Positions 1 through 8,515 of a DNA stretch of 64,000 bases are shown here, piece after piece. The stretch is from Deltaproteobacteria bacterium (GTDB lineage Bacteria > Desulfobacterota > Binatia > UBA9968 > JAJDTQ01): contig JAPPNF010000108.1 of the NCBI GenBank assembly GCA_028818755.1, forward strand, positions 10,259-74,258, in the 5' to 3' direction. A program made the position numbers and the translations under genes. Numbering within the stretch: the first letter of the stretch is position 1; every line of letters begins with the position of its first letter. The notes beneath the pieces were generated by a model. That model was not told where the DNA came from. It saw nothing but the letters and a program-made list of their open reading frames with translations, and made no database searches.

Positions 1-191
1 AACGCCAGGGCGTTGTCCCCAAGGGCGTTCACGGCCTCGGCCAGCAGGTAGCCGGAGTCGACGCCGCCGGAGAAACAGACCACCACGTGGCCCATTTCCC
101 GCAGCAGCGCCTGAAGCCCGGTTACCTTTTGCGCCAGTTCGGCGTCCTCGAAAGGGTGATGCCCTAGCTCCGCTCCGTGAGCCCCCCGCAC
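1..191 (-). CDS. PP-loop ATP-pyrophosphatase family protein (LarE/TIGR00268-like), N-terminal fragment; gene runs off the window start
   Basis: Minus-strand translation reads ...ELAQKVTGLQALLREMGHVVVCFSGGVDSGYLLAEAVNALGDNALA; SGGVDS is the PP-loop motif. Start unresolved (GTG at 191 or ATG at 95). Absent from ORF track because truncated. Confidence 0.45.
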   Translation of the reverse strand, partial: MRGAHGAELGHHPFEDAELAQKVTGLQALLREMGHVVVCFSGGVDSGYLLAEAVNALGDNALA

Positions 192-200
192 CCCTCCGTC

Positions 201-220
201 ATTCCCGCGAAAGCGGGAAT
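201..220. repeat. Perfect hairpin ATTCCCGC-GAAA-GCGGGAAT
   Basis: Read directly; lies between GST stop (277) and the PP-loop gene start; no T-tract, so not a classical terminator. Confidence 0.3.
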
Positions 221-276
221 CCAGGAAGGGTGGTGTGAAGGAGCCCTTCATCGACGTCAGGACCGATGTCCTCGCC

Positions 277-840
277 CTACGGCGTCGACTTCACCTTCGG
301 CCGCTCCAGCAGCGAGTCGCGCCAACGCTTGACGTTGGGCAGGTCCTCGGTGATGGACGTCCGGTAGGAGTCCTCACGGGTGAAGAACGGGATGTAGGTG
401 ATGTCCGCCAGCGAGTAGTCGTCGACGATGTAGTCGCGGCCGGCCATGCGTTTCTCCAGCGTCTCCAGGTGCTCCCGCAGGCGCCTCTTGTTCTTCTCGA
501 CCTCGTGGTCGTGGCGGATGTTGCCCGCCGCGGCCTGGAGCCGGGTGTTGCAGAAGTCGATCCAGATCCGCACCTCGGCGCGCTTGGCCAAGTCCTTCGG
601 CATCAGCGACACCTCGGGAAACTTCTCGTCCAGGTACTCGTTGATGACGGCCGACTCGTAGATCACGGTGTCGCCGTCCACCAGCACCGGCACCTTGCCG
701 TACGGGTTGAGCGTGACCAGCTCCTCCGATTTGTTCTTGAGATCGCACTCCACCAAGTCATAAGGGATGTCTTTCTCTGCCAGGACAAGCCTTGTCCTGT
801 GGGCGTACGGTCAAGGGCCGTAAGACAGTAGTCGCAGCAT
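277..840 (-). CDS. Glutathione S-transferase family protein with in-frame TGA (811-813) at the catalytic x-P-Y position; candidate selenocysteine-containing GST (alternatively a disrupted gene)
   Basis: ORF track gives only 277..756 (LNPYGKVPVL, ESAVINEYL GST motifs). The same frame upstream reads ATG(840) MLRLLSYGP-TGA-PYAHRTRLVLAEKDIPYDLVECDL, completing the thioredoxin-like N-domain; AAGGAGG lies 5 nt upstream of ATG 840. Confidence 0.6.
781..799 (-). other. SECIS-like stem-loop CAGGACAA-GGC-UUGUCCUG starting 11 nt downstream of the in-frame UGA
   Basis: Perfect 8-bp (or 7-bp with AGGCU loop) inverted repeat read directly; apical loop with G residues about 19 nt after UGA, which matches bacterial SECIS geometry. 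Confidence 0.45.
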
Positions 841-873
841 GTCGTCCTCCTTGAGTGTTTGCCTACGTGAATC

Positions 874-1260
874 CTACGCGATGATCGGCTGCCGGACCGG
901 AATGTGGCTTGGCCGCCTCGGCACCCGGGTGCGCGGCTTGCCGTCGACCTGCGAGTTGCCCGCGCCGAACAATATCAAGCGCCCCTCGCCCGTGTTACAG
1001 AGCTGATAGGGGTTGCCCGATTCCAGCAGGATCATGTCGTGGGGCTTCAGGACGTATTCGTTCTCCGGCGTCCGCACCGTGCATTCGCCCTCGAGGACCA
1101 TGAAGATGTGGTCGTCGTTCTCGTGGTAGTGCATGTCGTCCTGCATGTTCTCTTCGCAGTTGATGGTCCAGAAGTACGTCAGGTCCGTGCGCCACAACTT
1201 GAGGTGCCGGACGTCGGGGTTGGCCTTGGCCTCCTCGATGGGATTCTTCACCTCGTACAT
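874..1260 (-). CDS. Cupin domain protein
   Basis: 128 aa; HYHENDDHIFMVLEGE ... PHDMILLESGNPYQLCN resembles the two cupin motifs. Confidence 0.65.
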   Translation of the reverse strand: MYEVKNPIEEAKANPDVRHLKLWRTDLTYFWTINCEENMQDDMHYHENDDHIFMVLEGECTVRTPENEYVLKPHDMILLESGNPYQLCNTGEGRLILFGAGNSQVDGKPRTRVPRRPSHIPVRQPIIA

Positions 1261-1293
1261 GCGCCTGTTCTCCTTGTAACTTCCCCCTTGGGG

Positions 1294-1542
1294 CTACTTG
1301 GACGCCACCAGCTTTCCGTGGGTGCCGTCGCAATACGGCCGGGTTTTCGACCGCCAGCACGCGCAGATGGCCATGGTGCGCGGCTCGTCCACCGTGATCT
1401 CACGGGGCGTGATGGACGTCACCTTGTGCGACCCGTCGCAGAACGGAAAGTTCTGGGTGCGGCCGCACATGCAATAGAACCGGCTCCTGGATTCCTGCCG
1501 GACGATCACCGGCTCGATCAGATCATCATAAGCCAAGCCCAT
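1294..1542 (-). CDS. CDGSH iron-sulfur domain protein (two CDGSH motifs)
   Basis: 82 aa; CMCGRTQNFPFCDGSHK and CACWRSKTRPYCDGTHG motifs. Confidence 0.85.
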   Translation of the reverse strand: MGLAYDDLIEPVIVRQESRSRFYCMCGRTQNFPFCDGSHKVTSITPREITVDEPRTMAICACWRSKTRPYCDGTHGKLVASK

Positions 1543-1703
1543 CGAGGTCCTCCCTTGGTGCTCGCGCTTTCACCCGACCGGGCAGCCACCCGGTTCGCTG
1601 ACCATCGACGCTTCAAAGATATACTCCAGTTTGCCGTCTAGGGCCAGACGAAGGCCAGGCCCTTGCGTGTCGTCAGACAGTCCGTGGGCATGGCTTCGCA
1701 ATC

Positions 1704-3092
1704 CTACACCAGCAGCCCCATGACCGTACTCGCATCGACGACATGGAGACGGGACTCGGCGTCCTCGGGCGTCCGCTCCGGAACGAACAGCGCTTGGTGC
1801 AGTTCGATGTCCTCGGAGCCCGCGAGGTCCCCGACGTGGACGCGCGTGTCTGTGCCGGAGACCTTGACCGGCTGCGTCGTCCACTTGACCTCGCCCACCA
1901 GCAGTCGCTTCCTGTCCACCGAGCGTGCGACGATGTCGAGTTCCGGGGCGTTGCCGCGCCAGTAGCGTTGTGCGGGCTCCCACGGACCTAGGCGGCCCAG
2001 GGTCGTATCCGAACGGTGCAGCAGGGGCACGATGCCGCGGCACAGCTCTTCCCAGGCGACAGCCTCAAGACTGGTCCGGTAACGTCGCCAGTACGTGAGC
2101 CGCGTCTCCCGGGGTGCGGCCGCCAGGGCCGCCCGATGGGGAGCGACCACCCGGAACCACAGGCGCAGGAACGGATCGTCGATGCGATAGAGGCTGCGCT
2201 TGCCGGACTTGGGTTCGGTGCCGAACGGCGTGTCGCGGCGTACAAGCCCTATCTCCGCGAGCGACGCGAGTGGCCGCGACAGGCTGGAAGCGGGCTTGCC
2301 GAGACGGCCCGCGATCTCGCTGACCCGGTGCGCGCCGTTGCCGATGACGTCCAGCAAGGGCCGCAGCGCCGTGGCCGGAGGAGTCTCCTCTCGCAGCAGC
2401 CGTTCGGGTTCACCATGCAGCGGCCCTGCGGCGTCCAGAACCAGTGCATCCACCGCCGCCTCGATGTCGTTCCCGAAAGGTTCGGCAAGCTCCCAGTAGC
2501 GGGGTATGCCGCCCCACAGTGCATAGGCGCTGACCAGGTCGCGATGCTTGTCGAAGGGAAAGGCCTCGGCGAGGTGTCCCGGCGGCAGGGGACCGACCGC
2601 AAAGGCTTCGGCAGCCCGGCCGTAGAGCGGGGCAGCCCCGTCCAGTATTACGCCGTGCATCATGCGCTGGCTCGATCCGCACACTACAAGGCGAACCCGC
2701 CGCTCCGGTCGGTCCAGCCAGTTCTGCAAGACCCCGGGCAATGTGGGGTCCGCATCGATCAGATAGGGCAGCTCGTCGAGCACCCACGGACCCTCCCACC
2801 CGGAGCGATCGGCGTCCGCCGAAAGCCGCGTCAAAAACGAGCGCCAGTCCGGGTACTCGACGTCGGCGAAGCCGGGGAATCGTTCAGCGACCGCTTCCGC
2901 CAGGTAGCGCCGCTGCACGGGCGGCGCGGACTGATCCGCCACCGTGTACAGGCCGTCGTTACCCCGTGTCCACTCGATGAGCAGCCGCGACTTGCCGATC
3001 CTGCGGCGCCCCCAGATGACCCCAAACGCCCCGGGCCGCGACAGCACATTGTCCAGCCGCTCCATCTCGTGGCGGCGATCAAGGAATTGCAT
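1704..3092 (-). CDS. ATPase (archaeal-ATPase/DUF234 type) with C-terminal PD-(D/E)xK nuclease-like motif
   Basis: 462 aa; Walker A GRRRIGKS, Walker B-like WVLDELPYL, wHTH-like middle, C-terminal ELDIVARS...LLVGEVKWT motif typical of DUF234. Confidence 0.65.
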   Translation of the reverse strand: MQFLDRRHEMERLDNVLSRPGAFGVIWGRRRIGKSRLLIEWTRGNDGLYTVADQSAPPVQRRYLAEAVAERFPGFADVEYPDWRSFLTRLSADADRSGWEGPWVLDELPYLIDADPTLPGVLQNWLDRPERRVRLVVCGSSQRMMHGVILDGAAPLYGRAAEAFAVGPLPPGHLAEAFPFDKHRDLVSAYALWGGIPRYWELAEPFGNDIEAAVDALVLDAAGPLHGEPERLLREETPPATALRPLLDVIGNGAHRVSEIAGRLGKPASSLSRPLASLAEIGLVRRDTPFGTEPKSGKRSLYRIDDPFLRLWFRVVAPHRAALAAAPRETRLTYWRRYRTSLEAVAWEELCRGIVPLLHRSDTTLGRLGPWEPAQRYWRGNAPELDIVARSVDRKRLLVGEVKWTTQPVKVSGTDTRVHVGDLAGSEDIELHQALFVPERTPEDAESRLHVVDASTVMGLLV

Positions 3093-3206
3093 TCATTGAT
3101 TATGCATATTAACATTATGCATTTCAACATAATAAAGGGTTGAATTTATTGATCCAACATCACCGATTCCCTGAACTTCCGGGAACATGATAAGACGACG
3201 GCTGAA
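3093..3206. promoter_or_regulatory. AT-rich divergent control region with direct repeats ATTATGCAT (3099-3107, 3114-3122)
   Basis: Visibly AT-rich island in a GC-rich window, between the divergently oriented ATPase (start 3092) and the AbrB-like gene; each repeat contains the ATGCAT palindrome, 15 bp apart. Confidence 0.35.
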
Positions 3207-3230
3207 ATGCAGGATCGAAAGGACTTCCCC

Positions 3231-3461
3231 ATGGGTGAAACGGTGACCGTGTCCAGTCGCGGTCGAATCACGTTGCCATCGGCGCTGCGCAAGCGCCTCG
3301 ATCTAAAGGCTGGTGACATTCTGACCCTGGAGGATCGTGGCAGCGAGATCGTCCTCAAGCCCAACGTCGCCGGGCATTACAGCGACGAAGAGATCGCGGT
3401 GTGGGACAAGGCGGACAGATTGTCGGACCGTGAGCGCGCACGCATACTTGCAACGTTGTAG
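3231..3461 (+). CDS. AbrB/MazE/SpoVT-family DNA-binding protein (antitoxin-like)
   Basis: MGETVTVSSRGRITLPSALRKRLDLKAGDILTLEDRGSEIVLKP is a typical swapped-hairpin AbrB domain; alternative start ATG 3207. Confidence 0.7.
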   Translation: MGETVTVSSRGRITLPSALRKRLDLKAGDILTLEDRGSEIVLKPNVAGHYSDEEIAVWDKADRLSDRERARILATL

Positions 3462-3551
3462 TCTTGCCGCGCCACTGGAGAAACAACGGTGGCAGACTGC
3501 GCCTACCAAATTCGAGGCCGGCGAATGCCGAGGTGAGAATTGAGCCCACCC

Positions 3552-4763
3552 ATGACGACTGACACCGATCCCAGGACGATTACGCGCGTCGCCCTGCGCA
3601 ACTACAAGAGCATTGCGGCTTGTGACGTCGAGTTGACGCCACTGACTCTCCTCGTGGGTCCCAACGGCTCGGGGAAGAGCAATTTTGTTGATGCTCTGCG
3701 TTTTACCGCACAGGCCTTGCGCTTTACTCCGGATCACGCACTGCACGAGCGGGGCGGGATCAACGAGGTTCGCCGGCGGTCGCGCGGTCACCCCAACCAC
3801 TTCGGCATTCGTCTGGGGTTCCGGTTGGCCGATGCTGCCGGCTGGTACGCCTTTGAAATCGGCGCGCGGCCGAAGGGCCGCTACGTCGTGCGGCGTGAAG
3901 AATGCGTTGTCCTGTCCCATTCCGAAGGGCGGGCGTTTTTCCGGATAGATGACGGACGGCTGTTGTCCACCTCGATCCCGCACCCGCCGCCGACAGGCGG
4001 GAGTGACAGACTCTATCTCCTTCCCGCATCGGCGTATCGAGCGTTCAGGCCGATTTACGATACCCTGTCGGGGATGGGGTTCTACAACCTCAACCCGGAG
4101 CAGATCCGTGAGCTGCAGTCGCCCGACCCCGGGGATCTCCTGACCCATGACGGAAGCAACATCGCGAGTGTCCTCGCCAACCTCAAGTCGCGCTCGCCCG
4201 AGACGGCGGCGCGGGTCGGTCAATACCTCTCGAAGGTTGTGCCGGGAACAGTGGGCATGGAGTCAAAGACGGTGGGACCCAAGTTGACCTTGGAGTTTCG
4301 TCAGGAGGTGCGCGGCGACCCCCACCCGTGGCGATTCCTTGCCCATAATGTGTCGGACGGTACGCTAAGGGTGCTGGGCGTGCTCGTGGCACTCTACCAA
4401 GGTATCGACACGGAGTCGGTGAACGCGAAACTCGTCGGTATCGAGGAACCAGAAGGAGCTCTTCATCCCGCCGCTGCGGGAGTGCTGACGGATGTTCTTC
4501 GCGAGGCGAGTGAGCGTGTACAGGTCGTGGTCACGAGCCACAGCGCGGACTTGCTGGACCGGGATACGATTCCTTCGGATTCCATCTTGGCAGTCATTTC
4601 CGAGAACGGAGAGACGAAGATCGCACGGCTCGATGAAGCGGGCCGTACCGCGCTACGTGACGGGCTATTCACGGCTGGCGAGATGCTCCGCATGAACCAG
4701 CTTCTCCCGGACCCGGAGCAGGCGACACAGGTCCAGTTGGATCTCTTCCGCCAGGAGGAGTGA
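3552..4763 (+). CDS. ABC-type (AAA_15/AAA_21, OLD-N-terminal-like) ATPase
   Basis: LRNYKSIAACDVEL..LLVGPNGSGKSNFVDAL (Walker A), LVGIEEPEGALHP (Walker B), VVVTSHS (H-loop); alternative TTG start at 3540. Confidence 0.75.
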   Translation: MTTDTDPRTITRVALRNYKSIAACDVELTPLTLLVGPNGSGKSNFVDALRFTAQALRFTPDHALHERGGINEVRRRSRGHPNHFGIRLGFRLADAAGWYAFEIGARPKGRYVVRREECVVLSHSEGRAFFRIDDGRLLSTSIPHPPPTGGSDRLYLLPASAYRAFRPIYDTLSGMGFYNLNPEQIRELQSPDPGDLLTHDGSNIASVLANLKSRSPETAARVGQYLSKVVPGTVGMESKTVGPKLTLEFRQEVRGDPHPWRFLAHNVSDGTLRVLGVLVALYQGIDTESVNAKLVGIEEPEGALHPAAAGVLTDVLREASERVQVVVTSHSADLLDRDTIPSDSILAVISENGETKIARLDEAGRTALRDGLFTAGEMLRMNQLLPDPEQATQVQLDLFRQEE

Positions 4764-4766
4764 TCC

Positions 4767-5342
4767 GTGGCGAGAATCGTTTCCATCGTCGAAGGGGATG
4801 GCGAAGTGGAGGCCGTCCCCGCCTTGATCCGACGGATCGGCGAGGAGGTCTCCCCGCTCGATCCGCCCGACGTCTTGAGGCCGATTCGCGTTCGTCGGCA
4901 ACGTTTCGTCAAGCCGGACGAGGTCGAGCGCTATGTCAACTTGGCGGCGATCCGTGGTGATGCCGAGGGCCGCATACTCGTTCTGCTCGACGCGGACAGT
5001 GATTGCCCGGCGGAACTCGGACCGAACATCTTGCAGCGCGCCCGCACGGCGCGGTCCGACCGACGCATCGAAGTGGTTGTGGCGAACAGCGAGTACGAGT
5101 CGTGGTTCATCGCCGCGGTAGATTCCCTGCAAGGAACACGAGGGATTACGGCTGACGTGGCGGTCCCGAAAGACCCGGAATCGATCCGGGGAGCCAAGGC
5201 GTGGCTCCGAGACCGGATGAACGGCCCGTACAGTCCAACGGCCGACCAGGCAACATTCACGACTCGTTTCGACATGGCCTTGGCGCGCCGGCGATCACCG
5301 TCTTTCGACAAGATGTGGCGAGCGGTCAGCGCGCTGTTGTAG
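4767..5342 (+). CDS. DUF4276-like / TOPRIM-like protein, coupled to the upstream ATPase
   Basis: GTG start 3 nt after the ATPase stop, AGGAGGAG 7 nt upstream; IVEGDGEVEAV (acidic Glu), VLLDADSDCP (DxD), NSEYESWFIAA - pattern recalled for DUF4276/Toprim-like proteins. Confidence 0.55.
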   Translation: MARIVSIVEGDGEVEAVPALIRRIGEEVSPLDPPDVLRPIRVRRQRFVKPDEVERYVNLAAIRGDAEGRILVLLDADSDCPAELGPNILQRARTARSDRRIEVVVANSEYESWFIAAVDSLQGTRGITADVAVPKDPESIRGAKAWLRDRMNGPYSPTADQATFTTRFDMALARRRSPSFDKMWRAVSALL

Positions 5343-5596
5343 GAGAATTTGCCGTAGCGCAGGCAACGCAACCGGTTGACGCGTGGTCCGCCTTCGGGAG
5401 GGCCCCCTTGCCGCCACCACATTGATGCACTTCAGGACGTTGATCGAGAACAATCTGCTGCGACGCTTGCCAGCGTCATAGTGTGCATTTGCCCGGATTT
5501 CTCGCCCATTAGTTGACATCCCCTCAACCCGTATACTAGGCTTCGATTCCAGCCTCGGCATGACTTTCCTGAAAAAATTCTGCGTGGCGAAACATC

Positions 5597-5998
5597 ATGG
5601 GTAGCGAGACGCTCTGGCCGCTGGGCCTGTACTTTCTGATTGCTCTCGTGGTGGCCGGGAGCATGATCGGGCTGTCGTTCGTCCTTGGCGAACGGCATTC
5701 GGATCGTGCCACCGGGCAGCCGTACGAATCCGGCATCGTCTCCACCGGCTCGGCGCGGGTGCGCCTGTCCGTCAAGTTCTACATCGTCGCGATGCTGTTC
5801 GTGATCTTCGATCTCGAAGCGGTCTTCATCTTCGCCTACGCGGTGGCGTACGAGGAGGTGGGATGGCCCGGTTACGCGGGCCTGGTGGTGTTCGTGGTGA
5901 TACTGGTGGTGGCGCTGATCTACGAGTACCGCATGGGCGCGCTCGACTGGGAGCCGGTCCGGCTCAGGATGGCCAAGGCCGGTCGGGAGAAAGGATAG
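5597..5998 (+). CDS. nuoA: NADH-quinone oxidoreductase subunit A
   Basis: 133 aa, three TM helices, PYESG and FDLE motifs; first gene of the nuo operon. Confidence 0.9.
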   Translation: MGSETLWPLGLYFLIALVVAGSMIGLSFVLGERHSDRATGQPYESGIVSTGSARVRLSVKFYIVAMLFVIFDLEAVFIFAYAVAYEEVGWPGYAGLVVFVVILVVALIYEYRMGALDWEPVRLRMAKAGREKG

Positions 5999-6008
5999 AG
6001 GGACGCCC

Positions 6009-6638
6009 ATGCAATGGTCGTTGTCCAAGCCCAAGCCGGCCGAGCCTGAGAAGGGCGGCTTCGACGAAGCCATACGGAAGCTTCTGATGATGGCCCGCCT
6101 GGAGGACCTAGTCCGGTGGGGGCGTAAGAACTCCATGTGGCCGTTCCATTTCGGGCTGTCCTGCTGCTTCGTGGAGATGGCCACGAGCCTCACGAGCAAG
6201 TTCGACGTGGCCCGCTTCGGCGCCGAGGTCATACGCGGAACCCCCCGCGAGGCTGATGTCATCGTCATCGCGGGCACCCCCTTCATCAAGATGGCGCCCA
6301 TCGTACGGCGGCTCTACGAGCAGATGATGGAGCCCCGCTGGGTCATCTCCATGGGGGCCTGCGCCAACTCCGGGGGGATGTACGACATCTACAGCGTGGT
6401 TCAGGGTGTGGACAAGATCCTGCCGGTGGACGTTTACGTGCCGGGCTGCCCGCCCAGCCCCTGGGCCTTTCTGGAGGCGTTGACGCTGTTGCAGAAGGCC
6501 GTGGGCAACGAACGCCGGCCGCTGAGCTGGATGGTGGGTCCCCAGGGGGTGGAAAAGGTGCCGCTGCCCGCCATGCGCGACGTGAAGCGGCCCGACCGCA
6601 TTCACGCCACCAGCCTGCGTTCCCCGGATGAAGTCTAG
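6009..6638 (+). CDS. nuoB: NADH-quinone oxidoreductase subunit B
   Basis: [37 protein letters not shown] cluster-N2 motifs; collinear with E. coli NuoB including the C-terminal RSPDEV tail. Confidence 0.95.
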   Translation: MQWSLSKPKPAEPEKGGFDEAIRKLLMMARLEDLVRWGRKNSMWPFHFGLSCCFVEMATSLTSKFDVARFGAEVIRGTPREADVIVIAGTPFIKMAPIVRRLYEQMMEPRWVISMGACANSGGMYDIYSVVQGVDKILPVDVYVPGCPPSPWAFLEALTLLQKAVGNERRPLSWMVGPQGVEKVPLPAMRDVKRPDRIHATSLRSPDEV

Positions 6639-6736
6639 CCTGGCGTTCCGATGAACACGGTTCCATCGCTTCCCGACACGGATCACGGCCTCCATGCGGC
6701 GCCCGTTCGACAGCAACGGCGCAACGGGTGCGGCTC

Positions 6737-8485
6737 ATGAGTGATGCGCCCGCGGTGGTGACCGAGCTCGAAGGCCGTTTCGGCGCCGACGCCTTCACGG
6801 CGCAGGAGACCCGGTGCGGGTTCCCGACCCTGTGGACGTCGAGGGAACGCCTTGCCGCGGTCCTCAAGTTCCTCAAGACCGAAGTGGAGCGGCCTTTCGG
6901 CACGCTCTACGACCTCACCGCCATCGACGAACGCTTCCGCAGGCAGAGGGACGGGCAGCCCGACAACGATTTCACCGTCCTCTACCACCTGCTCTCCTAC
7001 GGGCGGAACGAGGACCTGTGCATCAAGGTGCCGGTGAGCGACGGCGACGCCTCCCTGCCCACGGCGACGGGCCTGTGGCCCTCGGCCAACTGGTACGAGC
7101 GCGAGGTCTGGGACATGTTCGGCGTCCGCTTCGACGGACACCCTTCGCTACGCCGCATCCTCATGCCGCTCACCTGGGAGGGACACCCTCTGCGCAAGGA
7201 GCACCCGGCCCGGGCCACCGAAATGGGTCCGTTCGAGCTTCCCGACGAGCGTCAGGATAGGGAGCAGGAGGCGCTTCGTTTCCGGCCCGAGGACTGGGGC
7301 ATGAAGCGCACCCACGAGGGCACCGATTTCATGTTCCTCAACGTCGGGCCCCAGCATCCCGGCACCCACGGCGTCATCCGCATCGTTCTGCAGCTCGACG
7401 GCGAGGAGATCGTCGACTGCCTGCCGGAGATCGGCTTCCACCACCGGGGCGCGGAGAAGATGGGGGAGCGGCAGTCCTGGCACTCCTTCATCCCCTACAC
7501 GGACCGCATCGACTACCTGGGCGGGGTCATGAACAACCTGGCCTACGTCCTGTCGGTGGAGCAGTTGGCCGGTATCGACGTCCCCGACCGCGCCCAGGTG
7601 ATCCGCGTGATGATGTCCGAGTTCTTCCGCATCGCCAGCCATCTCGTGTGGTACGGCACCTTCGCCCAGGACGTGGGCTCCCTATCGACGGTCTTCTACA
7701 CCTTCAACGACCGCGAGCGGATCTTCGACATCGTCCAGGCGGTTTGCGGCGGACGCATGCACCCGAGCTGGTTCCGCATCGGCGGGGTGGCCCAGGACCT
7801 GCCCAAGGGCTGGCAGGCCATGGTGCGGGACTTCATCGACTATCTCCCGGACCGGCTCGTGGAATACGACAAGATCGTGATGCAGAACCGCCTCTTCAAG
7901 GCGCGCACCCAGGGTATCGGCGCCTACACCGCGGAGGAGGCCATCGACTGGGGCGTCACCGGACCGGGGCTGCGGGCCTGCGGCTTCGACTGGGACTTCC
8001 GCAAGAAGCGGCCCTACTCGGGATACGACCAGTTCGACTTCGACATCCCCATCGCCCGGAAGGGCGACTGCTACGACCGCGCGGTGGTGCGCATCGAGGA
8101 GATCCGCCAGAGCCTTCGGATCATCGACCAGTGCCTCAAGAACATGCCCCCGGGGCACTACAAGTCGGATCATCCGCTGACGACGCCGCCGCGGAAGGAG
8201 CGCACGATGCACGACATCGAGACGCTCATCAACCACTTCCTGAGCGTGAGCTGGGGGCCGGTGATTCCCGCCGGGGAATCCTTCATGGGCATCGAGGCGA
8301 CCAAGGGAAACAACGGCTACCGGCTGGTGAGCGACGGCGGCACCATTCCCTACCGGGTGCGCATCCGGACCCCGTCCTTCGCCCATATGCAGATGATCCC
8401 GCTGATGAGCCGGGGCACGATGGTGCCGGACCTGCTGGCGATACTGGGGAGCATCGATTTCGTGCTGGCGGACATCGACCGTTGA
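6737..8485 (+). CDS. nuoCD: NADH-quinone oxidoreductase fused subunit C/D
   Basis: N-terminal NuoC ([13 protein letters not shown]) fused to NuoD ([10 protein letters not shown] ... RIRTPSFAH) in one frame; alternative GTG start 6728. Confidence 0.92.
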   Translation: MSDAPAVVTELEGRFGADAFTAQETRCGFPTLWTSRERLAAVLKFLKTEVERPFGTLYDLTAIDERFRRQRDGQPDNDFTVLYHLLSYGRNEDLCIKVPVSDGDASLPTATGLWPSANWYEREVWDMFGVRFDGHPSLRRILMPLTWEGHPLRKEHPARATEMGPFELPDERQDREQEALRFRPEDWGMKRTHEGTDFMFLNVGPQHPGTHGVIRIVLQLDGEEIVDCLPEIGFHHRGAEKMGERQSWHSFIPYTDRIDYLGGVMNNLAYVLSVEQLAGIDVPDRAQVIRVMMSEFFRIASHLVWYGTFAQDVGSLSTVFYTFNDRERIFDIVQAVCGGRMHPSWFRIGGVAQDLPKGWQAMVRDFIDYLPDRLVEYDKIVMQNRLFKARTQGIGAYTAEEAIDWGVTGPGLRACGFDWDFRKKRPYSGYDQFDFDIPIARKGDCYDRAVVRIEEIRQSLRIIDQCLKNMPPGHYKSDHPLTTPPRKERTMHDIETLINHFLSVSWGPVIPAGESFMGIEATKGNNGYRLVSDGGTIPYRVRIRTPSFAHMQMIPLMSRGTMVPDLLAILGSIDFVLADIDR

Positions 8486-8515
8486 GGTGACGGCGCGGGC
8501 GATGACGAGGTTCCC

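Noticed and set aside
811-813. Genome-wide TGA recoding (TGA=Gly/Trp) as the explanation for the in-frame TGA in the GST
   Set aside because: TGA is used as a genuine stop by many well-defined genes here (nuoG, nuoI, nuoJ, nuoK, the ABC ATPase, the BNR protein). Only a local mechanism (Sec) or a lesion fits.
235-831. Plus-strand 198-aa ORF overlapping the GST locus
   Set aside because: It is antisense to a gene with GST motifs, has shadow-ORF composition and has no SD.
5513-5537. TTGACA ... TATACT promoter upstream of nuoA
   Set aside because: Both hexamers are good, but they are separated by only 13 nt. That is too short for a canonical sigma70 promoter, so it is not reported as a feature.
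1543-5596. Mobile-element boundaries (integrase, transposase, tRNA target, flanking direct repeats) for the 1.7-5.3 kb island
   Set aside because: No integrase or transposase ORF, tRNA gene or obvious flanking direct repeat could be seen by eye. The island status rests only on gene content and the AT-rich control region.
5432-6301. Minus-strand 289-aa ORF overlapping nuoA/nuoB
   Set aside because: It lies opposite two well-supported nuo genes and has no motifs.
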